DNA of 64,000 bases from Desulforhopalus sp. Its GTDB lineage: Bacteria > Desulfobacterota > Desulfobulbia > Desulfobulbales > Desulfocapsaceae. Below, piece by piece: positions 19,540 through 28,129 of this stretch (the stretch's first letter is position 1; every line of letters starts with the position of its first letter). Under the pieces are notes generated by a model. The model did not search any database, was not told the origin of the DNA, and worked only from the letters and a program-made list of their open reading frames with translations. Both the position numbers and the translations under genes were made by a program. The DNA lies in assembly GCA_024710585.1 (NCBI GenBank), contig JANJUM010000097.1, forward strand, positions 2,097-66,096, read 5' to 3'.

Positions 19540-20530
19540 CGCCGCCTCCGGTGCCGAGGACGAGCTTGCCTTCCTCTTCGAGCTTCATGGCGATCTTGAC
19601 GATGGCCTGCTGCATCATCTCCACCTCGGAGAGCCGCACCGGGCCCATGGCTTCGAGGTCGTCCTTGATCATCTCCGCGGCACGGGTCGACATGTTGGCG
19701 AAGATCTTCTCCTTCATCTGTTCCGAGGCGGTCTTCAGGGCAAGGGTGAGCGAGTCGTTGTTGACCTCGCGCAGGATCATCTGCAGCGAGCGGCCGTCGA
19801 GGGTGATGAGGTGCTCGAAGGTGAACATCTTCTTGCGGATCTCCTCGGCCATTTCCGGGTCGGTCTGTTCCATCTCGTCGAGGATTTCCGACTCGAGGTT
19901 GTTCTTCATATGGTTGAGGATGCCGACCACCGCGTCGACGCCGCCGACTTTCTTGTGGGCCTTGCCGGAAACGAGGCCGATCTCGCGGTGCAGGGCATCC
20001 TCGATGCGGGTGATGACCTCGGGGGAGACCTTTTCGATCTTGGAGATGCGGTACACGACGTCGGAGCGCATCTTCTCGGGAAGGTGGGTGAGGATCTCCG
20101 CGGCATGCTCGATATGCTGGGTGGAGAGCACCAGGGCCACGGTCTGCGGGTGTTCCTGCTCGAGCAGGCCGGCGACCATGCGTGGCGCCATGAGGGCGAT
20201 GGTTTCCAGGGACTTGGTCTCGGTGCCGGAAATGAACTGGTCGAGGAGGAAGTTGGCGCGCTGTTCCCCCGGGGTGGCGGCGATGGCTTTCTTAGCGAAA
20301 TCGCCCCCCTTGACGAAGAGGCCGGCGTAGCGTTTCTGTGCGTCGCGGAAGGCGTTGAAGACCTTCTCTTTGACGTCGAGGGGGATGTGCTCGATGGTCG
20401 CCATGGTGCGGGTCACCTGGCGGATCTCGTCGTCGGAGAGCTCTTCGAAAATCCTCGCCGTCGCCTCCTCGCCGATGCAGATGAGCAATACGGCGGCGCG
20501 GTTCAGTCCGGTCAGCGTTTCAAGTCCCAT
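19526..20530 (-). CDS. fliG: Flagellar switch protein FliG
   Basis: EHPQTVALVLS, MFTFEHL and LGPVRLSEVE-type torque helix (MGPVRLSEVE). Confidence 0.97.
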   Translation of the reverse strand: MGLETLTGLNRAAVLLICIGEEATARIFEELSDDEIRQVTRTMATIEHIPLDVKEKVFNAFRDAQKRYAGLFVKGGDFAKKAIAATPGEQRANFLLDQFISGTETKSLETIALMAPRMVAGLLEQEHPQTVALVLSTQHIEHAAEILTHLPEKMRSDVVYRISKIEKVSPEVITRIEDALHREIGLVSGKAHKKVGGVDAVVGILNHMKNNLESEILDEMEQTDPEMAEEIRKKMFTFEHLITLDGRSLQMILREVNNDSLTLALKTASEQMKEKIFANMSTRAAEMIKDDLEAMGPVRLSEVEMMQQAIVKIAMKLEEEGKLVLGTGGGDELV

Positions 20531-20536
20531 CTCTGG

Positions 20537-22174
20537 CTACCCTTCCTGTATCCAGTTTTTGACGATGAAGGCGGTGGGCACCTGGTTGGTGAGCACCTCG
20601 CGGCGCAGGGCGGTGATGGCGTCGTCCACCGGGAGGATGGGCTCCTCCGGCTCCTGCATCTCCAGTTGCCGCTGTTTCTCGCGCTGCTCCTGCTCCAACT
20701 GCTCCACCGTCTTGTAGTGCTCCTTGACCTCGCCTTTCATGGTCTTGATGACCGGGCGGACGAGGAGGAAATAGAGAAGGAGCATACCGAGAACTATAAG
20801 GCCGTATTTGGCGAGCGGCAGGTACTGATAGATGAAGTTGGCCGGGGGAGCGGTCACTCCCTCGCCTTCGGCGGAATCGAGGAAGGGCATGGAGGTGACG
20901 GTGATGACGTCGCCCCGCGCCGGCACCAGGCCGATAGCCGAGGCCACCATGTTCTCTATCGACTTGAGCTCCTCGGCGCTGCGTGGCACGGTCTCCGCCG
21001 GTTTGCCCTCGGTGGCCTCGGCCGGCGGCTTGTCGGCGACGAGCACCGAAACCGACAGCTTGTTGATGGTGCCGGTGGGGTTGACGATACGGCTGACCGT
21101 CTTGCTGATCTCGTAGTTGGTGGTGCGCGAATTTTTATTGGAGGTCGAGCCGGCGCCAATGGCCGCCGACTCCGGCCCCTGCAGGTTGGATTGCACCCCG
21201 GGGATGCCCCCGGGCGATTCGCTGCCATTCGATTCCTGGTTGACCTGCTCGCTGCGCACCACCGGGTCGTCGGCGTCAAACAGCTCCTGGGTCTTTTCGA
21301 CTTTGGAGAAGTCGAGATTGGCCGAGACGCGCACCATGGCGTGATCCTTGCCCATGGTCTTGTCGAGGAGGTCCTGGGCGCGAATCTCCAGGCTGTTTTC
21401 CACCTGGCGCTGATAATTGAGGGTGTCGAGGGAGACGAGGCTGCTGCCGTCGTCTTCCTTAAGGCCTTCGAGGATGACGCCATTAGCGTCGATGACCTTG
21501 ACGTTGGCCGGTTCCAGGTCGGCCACCGAACCGGCGACGAGATGAATGATGCCCTGCACCTGCTTCTTGTCGAGGGACTTGCCGGGCACCAGGGTGACGA
21601 TGACCGAGGCGCTGGCCTCCTTCTGTTGGCTCTTGAGGAGGCGTTTTTCCGGCAGCGCCAGATGCACCCGGGTGGATTCCACCGGAGCCAGGGTGGAGAC
21701 GGTGCGGGCCAGCTCGCCCTGCAGCGCCCGGGTATAGTTGACCTTCTGCACGTAGTCGGAGAGGGCGAAGCTCTGCTGGTCGAAGACCTCGAAGCCGACG
21801 CCGCCACCCGCGGGCAGGCCGTTGCTTGCCAGGTCGAGGCGCGTCTGGTAGAGCTGGTCCGCAGGCACCCAGATATCCTTGCCGTCGTTGCGCAGGCTGT
21901 AGTCGATTTTCTGGTTCTTCAGCCAGGTTGACACCGCCCCGGCGTCGTGCATCGACAGGTTGGCGTAGAGCAGTTGCTGCCCGGCGGTGCGTGCCTGCAG
22001 CAGCAGGACGACGGAGAGGGCGAGGGCGACGAGCAGCACGGCAGCGGTGGCGATTTTGCGCGACAAGGGCCAGTCGCGGATCAATGCCATGAGATTCTTG
22101 CGTTCCGGGGCCCGTGGAATATCGGGGACGGCGCTCATCCCCTGAGCTGGAATCGTCGCGTTTTCTACTGCCAT
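20537..22174 (-). CDS. fliF: Flagellar MS-ring protein FliF
   Basis: Two TM segments; VGFEVFD, ALQGELARTV and VHLALPE...ASASV motifs. Confidence 0.96.
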   Translation of the reverse strand: MAVENATIPAQGMSAVPDIPRAPERKNLMALIRDWPLSRKIATAAVLLVALALSVVLLLQARTAGQQLLYANLSMHDAGAVSTWLKNQKIDYSLRNDGKDIWVPADQLYQTRLDLASNGLPAGGGVGFEVFDQQSFALSDYVQKVNYTRALQGELARTVSTLAPVESTRVHLALPEKRLLKSQQKEASASVIVTLVPGKSLDKKQVQGIIHLVAGSVADLEPANVKVIDANGVILEGLKEDDGSSLVSLDTLNYQRQVENSLEIRAQDLLDKTMGKDHAMVRVSANLDFSKVEKTQELFDADDPVVRSEQVNQESNGSESPGGIPGVQSNLQGPESAAIGAGSTSNKNSRTTNYEISKTVSRIVNPTGTINKLSVSVLVADKPPAEATEGKPAETVPRSAEELKSIENMVASAIGLVPARGDVITVTSMPFLDSAEGEGVTAPPANFIYQYLPLAKYGLIVLGMLLLYFLLVRPVIKTMKGEVKEHYKTVEQLEQEQREKQRQLEMQEPEEPILPVDDAITALRREVLTNQVPTAFIVKNWIQEG

Positions 22175-22292
22175 CTTGCCTTCCTCTGTCGTTCGTTATC
22201 GCTGTCTTCGGTCGCCCTGCAGATGTGCGGCGCTGGTCCGCAGTTTCTCCCTTCACCCCGTCGGTGGTGCGTGGTGAGGGGCCCGCGAGGAC

Positions 22293-22589
22293 TCAGATCT
22301 GCATGCGCATGATCTCTTCGTAGGCGGTCAGCGCCTTGTTACGCATCTGCACGAGCATGCGCAGCGAGATATCGGCCTGTTCCACGGCGAGCACCACCTC
22401 GTGGAGGTGGCTGGCCTCGCCTTTGTGCAGGGCGGCGATGGCCTGGTCGCCGTTCTGCTGCATGTCATTGACCTTGCCGAGCATGTTGTCGAGCATCTTG
22501 CCGAACTCGCTCCCGGCACGGGCGACGTCGCCGCCCGGGGAACTGGTCGCAGCCGGTGGCAGCATAGGCGGGAGAGACGTGATCTTCAT
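22293..22589 (-). CDS. fliE: Hook-basal body protein FliE
   Basis: LHEVVLAVEQADISLRMLVQMRNKALTAYEEIMRMQI. Confidence 0.95.
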   Translation of the reverse strand: MKITSLPPMLPPAATSSPGGDVARAGSEFGKMLDNMLGKVNDMQQNGDQAIAALHKGEASHLHEVVLAVEQADISLRMLVQMRNKALTAYEEIMRMQI

Positions 22590-22592
22590 GGC

Positions 22593-23024
22593 TTACCTCC
22601 CCAGTTCCAGGGCCTTGAGGGCCATGCGCTTGGCGCTCTTGACCACGGTGGCGTTGGCTTGGTAGGAGCGCGTCGCCGACATCATGTCGACCATCTCCTC
22701 CATGTGGTTGACGTTGGGCATGGCAACATAGCCCTCGCCATCGGCGTCGGGATGCGAGGGGTTGTAGACCTTGCGCGGCGGGGTCTGGTCCTCGATGATT
22801 TTTTTGACCTCGACCCCCTGGGTGGCGCGGCGCAGGTTGCCGTCGAGCTGATCCTTGAAGGACAGGGGGGTGCTCTGGAAATAGACGGACTTCTTTTTAT
22901 AGGGGCCGCCTTCCGGGGTGGAGGTGGTCTCAATGTTGGCCAAATTGGAGCTGACGGTGTCGAGTCTGCGGCTCTGCGCGCGCATCGCCGAGCCGCTGAT
23001 CTTGAAGGTATTGAGAAAGTCCAT
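22593..23024 (-). CDS. flgC: Basal-body rod protein FlgC
   Basis: SSNLANIETT...GGPYKKK and YNPSHPDADGEGYVAMPNVN motifs. Confidence 0.97.
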   Translation of the reverse strand: MDFLNTFKISGSAMRAQSRRLDTVSSNLANIETTSTPEGGPYKKKSVYFQSTPLSFKDQLDGNLRRATQGVEVKKIIEDQTPPRKVYNPSHPDADGEGYVAMPNVNHMEEMVDMMSATRSYQANATVVKSAKRMALKALELGR

Positions 23025-23051
23025 GTTCTCTCCGCTGGTTCAGGGGGGCGG

Positions 23052-23468
23052 CTATTGGCCGCCGGTGATGGCGTAGCTGAGCTGGCCCATCTTTTTTTTG
23101 AGGAGCTGCGCCGCGGTCTCGTAGAGGAGCTGGTTCTCGGAGAGGTCGAGCATCTCCTGGTTGACGCTGACGCTGTTGCGGTCGCCGATGCCGCTCCGGT
23201 CGACGGTGGTGACGATGTTGCCGCTGACCTGCTCGACGGCGGCCGGGCGCAGGGCGATATGATCACTATGGGAGGTGGACAGGGCAAGACCCTGGCCGGC
23301 GCCGATGGCGCTGGCGAGATCCTCCTCGAAGTCGAAACGGCTGGCAGAGTATCCTGGCGTTTCGGCGTTGGCGATGTTGGCGGCGATGACCTCGGCCTTT
23401 TTCGCCCTCAGATCGAGGACCTTGCCGAGAAGGCGCATGTTCTGGTCGAAAGGCTGCATCATGTCCAT
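23052..23468 (-). CDS. flgB: Basal-body rod protein FlgB
   Basis: IAANIANAETPGY and DRNSVSVNQEM motifs; AAGGAGA RBS. Confidence 0.96.
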   Translation of the reverse strand: MDMMQPFDQNMRLLGKVLDLRAKKAEVIAANIANAETPGYSASRFDFEEDLASAIGAGQGLALSTSHSDHIALRPAAVEQVSGNIVTTVDRSGIGDRNSVSVNQEMLDLSENQLLYETAAQLLKKKMGQLSYAITGGQ

Positions 23469-23492
23469 GGTGTTTCTCCTTACGCGGTGAGG

Positions 23493-25907
23493 CTAGCGAC
23501 GTTTCTTCAGTGTAGCGAATTGCAATTCCCGTTCCGCAAATTTCTTCCACAGGGGGTTCTTGCCTGTTTCGACAATTTTGCTGAAGAAACTTAGCGCTTC
23601 TTGCTCATTTCCACGGCCACGCTCGATTTCGGCGCGGCGAAAGAGAGACTGTTCGTAGAAGGGGTGGGACTCGCCGATGTCGGCGTAGAGCGGTTCAGCC
23701 CTGTCGATGGCACCGGTGCGGAAGAGCGATTCGGCGAGCATGAAGCGCTCGCGGTCGCCGAGAGGAGATTGGTGCAGGCGCAGGGTCAGCAGGACGTTCT
23801 CGGCCCGCTGATAGTCTTCCAGGCGGAAGTGGATGGCGGCGGCTACGGCGAGCATGTCGACGTCTTCGGGAAGCGGATCAGGCAGCAGGCGCAGGGCCTC
23901 CTGCAGGCGGCCGTCGGCGGCGAGGGCGCGCAGACGGAGGAGGAGAATGGCCTGGCGATCCTCGCCTTCAGGGTAATTGTAGAGATACTGGGAGCCATAG
24001 TCTTCCACCAGGCTGTAGCTTCCCTGATCGAAAGCCGCCGAGATCATGGGGAGATAATGGCGCTCGCGGATTTCCGGCCCGGAGACCTCGATGAGGTAGA
24101 GATAGAGTTTCTGGGCCTCGTCAAAGAGGCCGATGCGGTGATAGGCTTGGGCGATATCGCCGAGAAATTTCTTGTCGATCCAGTTTTTCTGGAAGAATTC
24201 GCGATGTTGCCTGGCGAGCACCAGGGCTTCGACATACTTGCCGCCTTCGGCGAGCCGCTTGATCTCCTGGGGCAGCAGGTCGATGAGCAGGGCCTGTGCC
24301 GAGATTCTGACATCCCCGGTGAGAAACTCGCGCAGCAGGGTCTGCAGCAGTTCTATGGCCTCCGCCTCCTTTCCGAGCCGGGAATGCAGCAGAGCCTGCT
24401 TGAACATGGCCTCTTCACGTATCGCTCTATTGGGTGCCTGTGTGGCGATCTCGGTGTATCTCTCCAGGGCGCTGCGGGCGGAGTCGGGGCTGCCGAGGTA
24501 GGAGAGGTCGGTCTTCTTCATGGCGGCACGCAGACCGGCTTCGCCATCGGGGTAGGCGGACTCGAGTTGGGCGAAGCCGGCTTGCAGGGCCGCCCTGTCC
24601 TCGCCACCTTTGTTGAGGCGCGCCATAAGCTTGCGATAGGATGCCAGACCGAGTTGTTCCTTGTCTACGAGCAGCGCCTCGAGTCTTTGGTAGCAGTCCG
24701 CCGCCTCCCCATAGACTTTCTGCTGATAGAGGGCGCTGCAATAGCCGTTGAGCGAGTAAGGCATGGTGGCAAGAGGGGCCGCATCGCGCTGCAGGCGATA
24801 GGCGGCGAAGGCCTTGATCGGCTGGTTTATGGCATGCCAGTAGTCGGCATGGCGGATACGCACGATCTGCCGCAGTTCTTCGGGAAGGGCGATGTCGTCA
24901 CGGAGGAGCAGTTCGTTGAGGCGCTTGTGCTTGCCGGAGGCGAGCGCAGCGTCGACCTGGCCGACATAGACATGGGCGGCGATGGGGCTGCCTTTGCCCA
25001 TGGTCTTTTCAAGGGCCTGAAACTCGTATTCGGCGATGTTGGCGTCCTCGTGACGGGCCTTGAGGAAGATGAGCAGGTAATTGGCGTAACTCCCGAGAAG
25101 TTCGTCGGGATAGCCCTCTTTGAGCAGATACAGCTGTCGATAGGCACCGGGGAAGTCGCCGGCGTGCAGCAGGGCCTCGCCAAGGCTGAGGGCGAGGATT
25201 TTCTGGGCCTCTATCTCAGCAGCCTGGGGCAGTTTGGTGAGGATCGCCTCGCCGAGTTGAACCCAGGCTCCCTTGGCGGCCAGTTCCATGGTCTCGGCGG
25301 GCAAGAGCGAGAGGTTGCCGTCGCGGCCAGGGGGCAGGAAGCTGGCGATGGGGAAGGGCGGCGGCGTGAAGCGCACCGGAACTTCGAGCGCCAGCGGCGC
25401 CTCGTAGCTGGAGAAAAAGGATCGCCAATCGGCCCTGTAGGGGCTCTGCAAGGTGGGGTTGGTATAGTCCACCGGGACGCGGTCGAGTTCCTGCACCCCC
25501 TTGAGGCGTTCGGCCAGTTCCTCGTAGGTTTTGCTGTATTCATTGCCGAGGAGGATTTCGCAGACGATCTTGTCGTCGCGATTCTTGGTGAGGGAGAATC
25601 GTTGTGGCTTGTAGCGGAAAAAGAGGGAAAGGATGAGCTCGTCACCCTCACGTCGTGGCAAAATTTTGACAATGTCTGCGTCGGGGGGAAAGAGCTCGAG
25701 CTTTTCTTCGGCGCTGGCTCCGGAAAAGATGAGGTCGAGACGGCGGTTGCTGGCAAACGTCGAGAACTTCGGCGGCTCGTCGAAGGTCAAATAGAGCTGC
25801 ACCACGTCGCGGGTATCGAGACGCGATACCTTGAGCAGGCGAGATGCCTCGACGCTGTGCGGCAGGAGGAGCACGAGGAGCATGGAGAGTATTTGCAGCA
25901 GCTTCAT
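23493..25907 (-). CDS. Large exported TPR-repeat protein with an N-terminal AMIN-like beta domain; heads the flgB operon
   Basis: Signal peptide MKLLQILSMLLVLLLPHSVEA; beta-rich VQLYLTFDEPPKF...LDLIF segment; many TPR-like helices (e.g. LAESLFRTGAIDRAEPLY, ALSFFSKIVE). Confidence 0.8.
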   Translation of the reverse strand: MKLLQILSMLLVLLLPHSVEASRLLKVSRLDTRDVVQLYLTFDEPPKFSTFASNRRLDLIFSGASAEEKLELFPPDADIVKILPRREGDELILSLFFRYKPQRFSLTKNRDDKIVCEILLGNEYSKTYEELAERLKGVQELDRVPVDYTNPTLQSPYRADWRSFFSSYEAPLALEVPVRFTPPPFPIASFLPPGRDGNLSLLPAETMELAAKGAWVQLGEAILTKLPQAAEIEAQKILALSLGEALLHAGDFPGAYRQLYLLKEGYPDELLGSYANYLLIFLKARHEDANIAEYEFQALEKTMGKGSPIAAHVYVGQVDAALASGKHKRLNELLLRDDIALPEELRQIVRIRHADYWHAINQPIKAFAAYRLQRDAAPLATMPYSLNGYCSALYQQKVYGEAADCYQRLEALLVDKEQLGLASYRKLMARLNKGGEDRAALQAGFAQLESAYPDGEAGLRAAMKKTDLSYLGSPDSARSALERYTEIATQAPNRAIREEAMFKQALLHSRLGKEAEAIELLQTLLREFLTGDVRISAQALLIDLLPQEIKRLAEGGKYVEALVLARQHREFFQKNWIDKKFLGDIAQAYHRIGLFDEAQKLYLYLIEVSGPEIRERHYLPMISAAFDQGSYSLVEDYGSQYLYNYPEGEDRQAILLLRLRALAADGRLQEALRLLPDPLPEDVDMLAVAAAIHFRLEDYQRAENVLLTLRLHQSPLGDRERFMLAESLFRTGAIDRAEPLYADIGESHPFYEQSLFRRAEIERGRGNEQEALSFFSKIVETGKNPLWKKFAERELQFATLKKRR
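23521..23536 (-). promoter_or_regulatory. Candidate internal sigma54 promoter for flgB, inside the 3' end of the TPR gene
   Basis: Minus strand CGGAACGGGAATTGCA with exact spacing, about 50 nt upstream of the flgB start. Confidence 0.4.
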
Positions 25908-25918
25908 GTCTCGCTCTT

Positions 25919-25934
25919 TGCAATATTGGTACCA
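25919..25934 (-). promoter_or_regulatory. Candidate sigma54 promoter of the TPR-flgB-fliE-fliF operon
   Basis: Minus strand TGGTACCAATATTGCA, a close match to TGGCAC-N5-TTGCA. Confidence 0.65.
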
Positions 25935-26356
25935 ATGTGGGGCGTTCGGCCGATCAGGCTGCAGACTGCCCGGCCGATGACCTCAGGAGGCGTTGCGCTG
26001 GCCGAAGGCGTCTTCGCGAGCAATATCATGGCGGCATGGTGCGGCGACGTCGCCGCATCGCCATATGCCTTCAGTGAGAAGGATATATGCCTTGCATAGT
26101 CTTACTGGGATCCATGTAACAGGCTATGCCAAAATTCCGACTCGGCGTGAGAGGGGCGCCCTCGGTTAAAAATTTTTTACGAGATGTTTGATTTTTGAGC
26201 ACCCTTCCTGATAAGATTCACCAGGTTTGGGCGTGGCAAGTGGTAGGTTGAGCCGCGCCCCATGAAAAACACAAGGCGAAGGTGGCAGAAAAGGGTGAAT
26301 TCCCGGCCAGCGGCAGTCGTCGCAGGGTCGCGCCAATAGACAACGAGGAGATCGTA

Positions 26357-26728
26357 ATGGGAAAAAACGTACTGCTGGTAGATGACTCGAGCACCATGAG
26401 AAAAATCATCGGACGTTCCCTGCGCCAGGCGGGGATCGACTTCGAAAACATCTACGAGGCCTCCGATGGTCTCGAGGCCCTCGAGGTCCTCGAAAGCAAG
26501 AAAGTCGACATCGTCCTCAGCGACATCAACATGCCCAATATGGACGGCATCTCCTTCCTGCGCGAGAAGGCCGCCCGTCCCGGCATCAAGGACATCCCGG
26601 TGCTGATGATCTCCACCGAGACCGGCGACGACATCATCGGCGAGGCCAAGTCCCTCGGCGCCCTGGGCTCGATCAAAAAGCCCTTTACCCCCGACAAGGT
26701 CAACGAGGTCCTCGGGCCACTGCTGTAG
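26357..26728 (+). CDS. cheY: Single-domain response regulator CheY
   Basis: LLVDDS, phosphoacceptor LSDINMP, MIST and KKPF motifs intact. Start re-set to ATG 26357 behind GAGGAG. Confidence 0.88.
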   Translation: MGKNVLLVDDSSTMRKIIGRSLRQAGIDFENIYEASDGLEALEVLESKKVDIVLSDINMPNMDGISFLREKAARPGIKDIPVLMISTETGDDIIGEAKSLGALGSIKKPFTPDKVNEVLGPLL

Positions 26729-26806
26729 AGAGGTGTTTCGCGCCCGCAGGCCAAGTTGGCCCGCGCCGGCCGCAGCTGAGGGACAATCACAACGCAAGGA
26801 GACACT

Positions 26807-27256
26807 GTGCGTGAGAGAATAATCGAATCCGCCAAGGAAATTTTCTCGTCGATGCTGATGATGGAGATCGTCGAGGTGGAGAGTGACGAGAGCGGGGCAT
26901 TGCCCCTCGTGGACAGCATCTCGGGGGTTATCGGCCTCGCCGGGACCCATAAGGGGGTACTGGCCATACACCTGCCCCATGTGGTGGCCATAGCCGTCAC
27001 CTCAAGCTTCCTCGGCATGGACGTCGAGGAGATGAACAGCGATGTCGAGGACGCCGTGGGCGAGCTGGCCAATATGCTCGGCGGCAACGTCAAGTCGATC
27101 CTCTCGGAGAAGGGCAGGGATATAAACCTTTCTCTGCCGACCACCATTTCCGGTCGCCAGTACGATTACCAGTCGAACAAGGAAGCGGATAGAACATTTA
27201 TCAGGTTTCAGTGCGAACCTGGCGAATTTGCGGTGGAACTGCTGCTTGAAAAATAG
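26807..27256 (+). CDS. cheX: Chemotaxis phosphatase CheX (copy 1)
   Basis: ISGVIGLAG and DAVGELANMLGG (E-x2-N active-site motif), LSLPTTISG. Confidence 0.88.
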   Translation: MRERIIESAKEIFSSMLMMEIVEVESDESGALPLVDSISGVIGLAGTHKGVLAIHLPHVVAIAVTSSFLGMDVEEMNSDVEDAVGELANMLGGNVKSILSEKGRDINLSLPTTISGRQYDYQSNKEADRTFIRFQCEPGEFAVELLLEK

Positions 27257-27348
27257 CCGTCGCACGGTTTCGCAGGAATGTTCGCACAAAGGCGGCTTCA
27301 CTCACCCTGAACCGCCTTTTCTTTTGTCAATGTCGAGGGATGCGTCTC

Positions 27349-27819
27349 ATGATAGATCAGGCAGCGGTCGGCGACGAAATCGTCAAAGGAGCCAGGGATG
27401 TCTTTTCAACCATGCTCATGGTCGAACTGGAGAGTGAGGAGACGCTGCTCAACCAGCGCCTCGCCCTCCACTCCAATCTTTCATCGATGATAGGTCTCGG
27501 CGGGGGGATCCGCGGGGTGCTCGCCGTGCACTGCCCGGCATCGGTGGCCAAGGCCATCACCTCGACCTTTCTCGGCATGGACGTCGAGGAACTCGACGAA
27601 GACGTCAAAGACGCCATCGGCGAGATCGCCAACATGGTCGCCGGCAATCTCAAGGTCTCTCTGGCCGAGAACGGCGTGGCCATCGAACTCGCCATCCCTA
27701 CCTCGGTGGTCGGCGAATCCTTCAATATCACCGGTGTTGCCAAGGCGCAGAGGGTGGTCGTACCGCTGCGCATGAATGGCGAACTCTTCTCTATTGAACT
27801 GATGTACGTGGTCAACTGA
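27349..27819 (+). CDS. cheX: Chemotaxis phosphatase CheX (copy 2)
   Basis: LSSMIGLGG and DAIGEIANMVAG (E-x2-N), LAIPTSVVG. ATG 27349 preferred for RBS spacing (track start 27340). Confidence 0.88.
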   Translation: MIDQAAVGDEIVKGARDVFSTMLMVELESEETLLNQRLALHSNLSSMIGLGGGIRGVLAVHCPASVAKAITSTFLGMDVEELDEDVKDAIGEIANMVAGNLKVSLAENGVAIELAIPTSVVGESFNITGVAKAQRVVVPLRMNGELFSIELMYVVN

Positions 27820-27996
27820 TCGCCAGGTGGCCAGTATTGTCCCGTGCCATAGGTATCGTGGGATGACGAATGCTTTGCTTGCGAGGTGATGGCCAGGCGA
27901 TCTGCACGAGAAAAATAGCCAAGGAATTGAAATTGCTGAAAGAAATATGGCTGGATATTGGTGCGACGACAAAGGACTGGCACCCGCCATGGCTTG

Positions 27997-28012
27997 CGGC
28001 ACGGATGATGCA
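27997..28012 (+). promoter_or_regulatory. Possible sigma54 promoter upstream of the triple-CheC gene
   Basis: CGGCACGGATGATGCA: GGCACG matches, but the -12 element is ATGC rather than TTGC. Confidence 0.4.
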
Positions 28013-28047
28013 TGCAAGAGGCGCAAGAAGTTTCTCCAGTCGTGTCT

Positions 28048-28074
28048 TAACCTCCCTGTCACCACTGCCGATAT
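28048..28074 (+). promoter_or_regulatory. Candidate sigma28 (FliA) promoter upstream of the triple-CheC gene
   Basis: TAAC-N15-GCCGATAT compared with consensus TAAA-N15-GCCGATAA/T. Confidence 0.65.
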
Positions 28075-28129
28075 GAGAGACATCCTTTCACTTTCCACAC
28101 CATAACCCGGGGTGTTTCGCCAGCAGGCC

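Noticed and set aside
23092-23099. A8 run in flgB as a phase-variation tract
   Set aside because: It simply encodes Lys-Lys-Lys near the C-terminus and is in frame; nothing else supports slippage.
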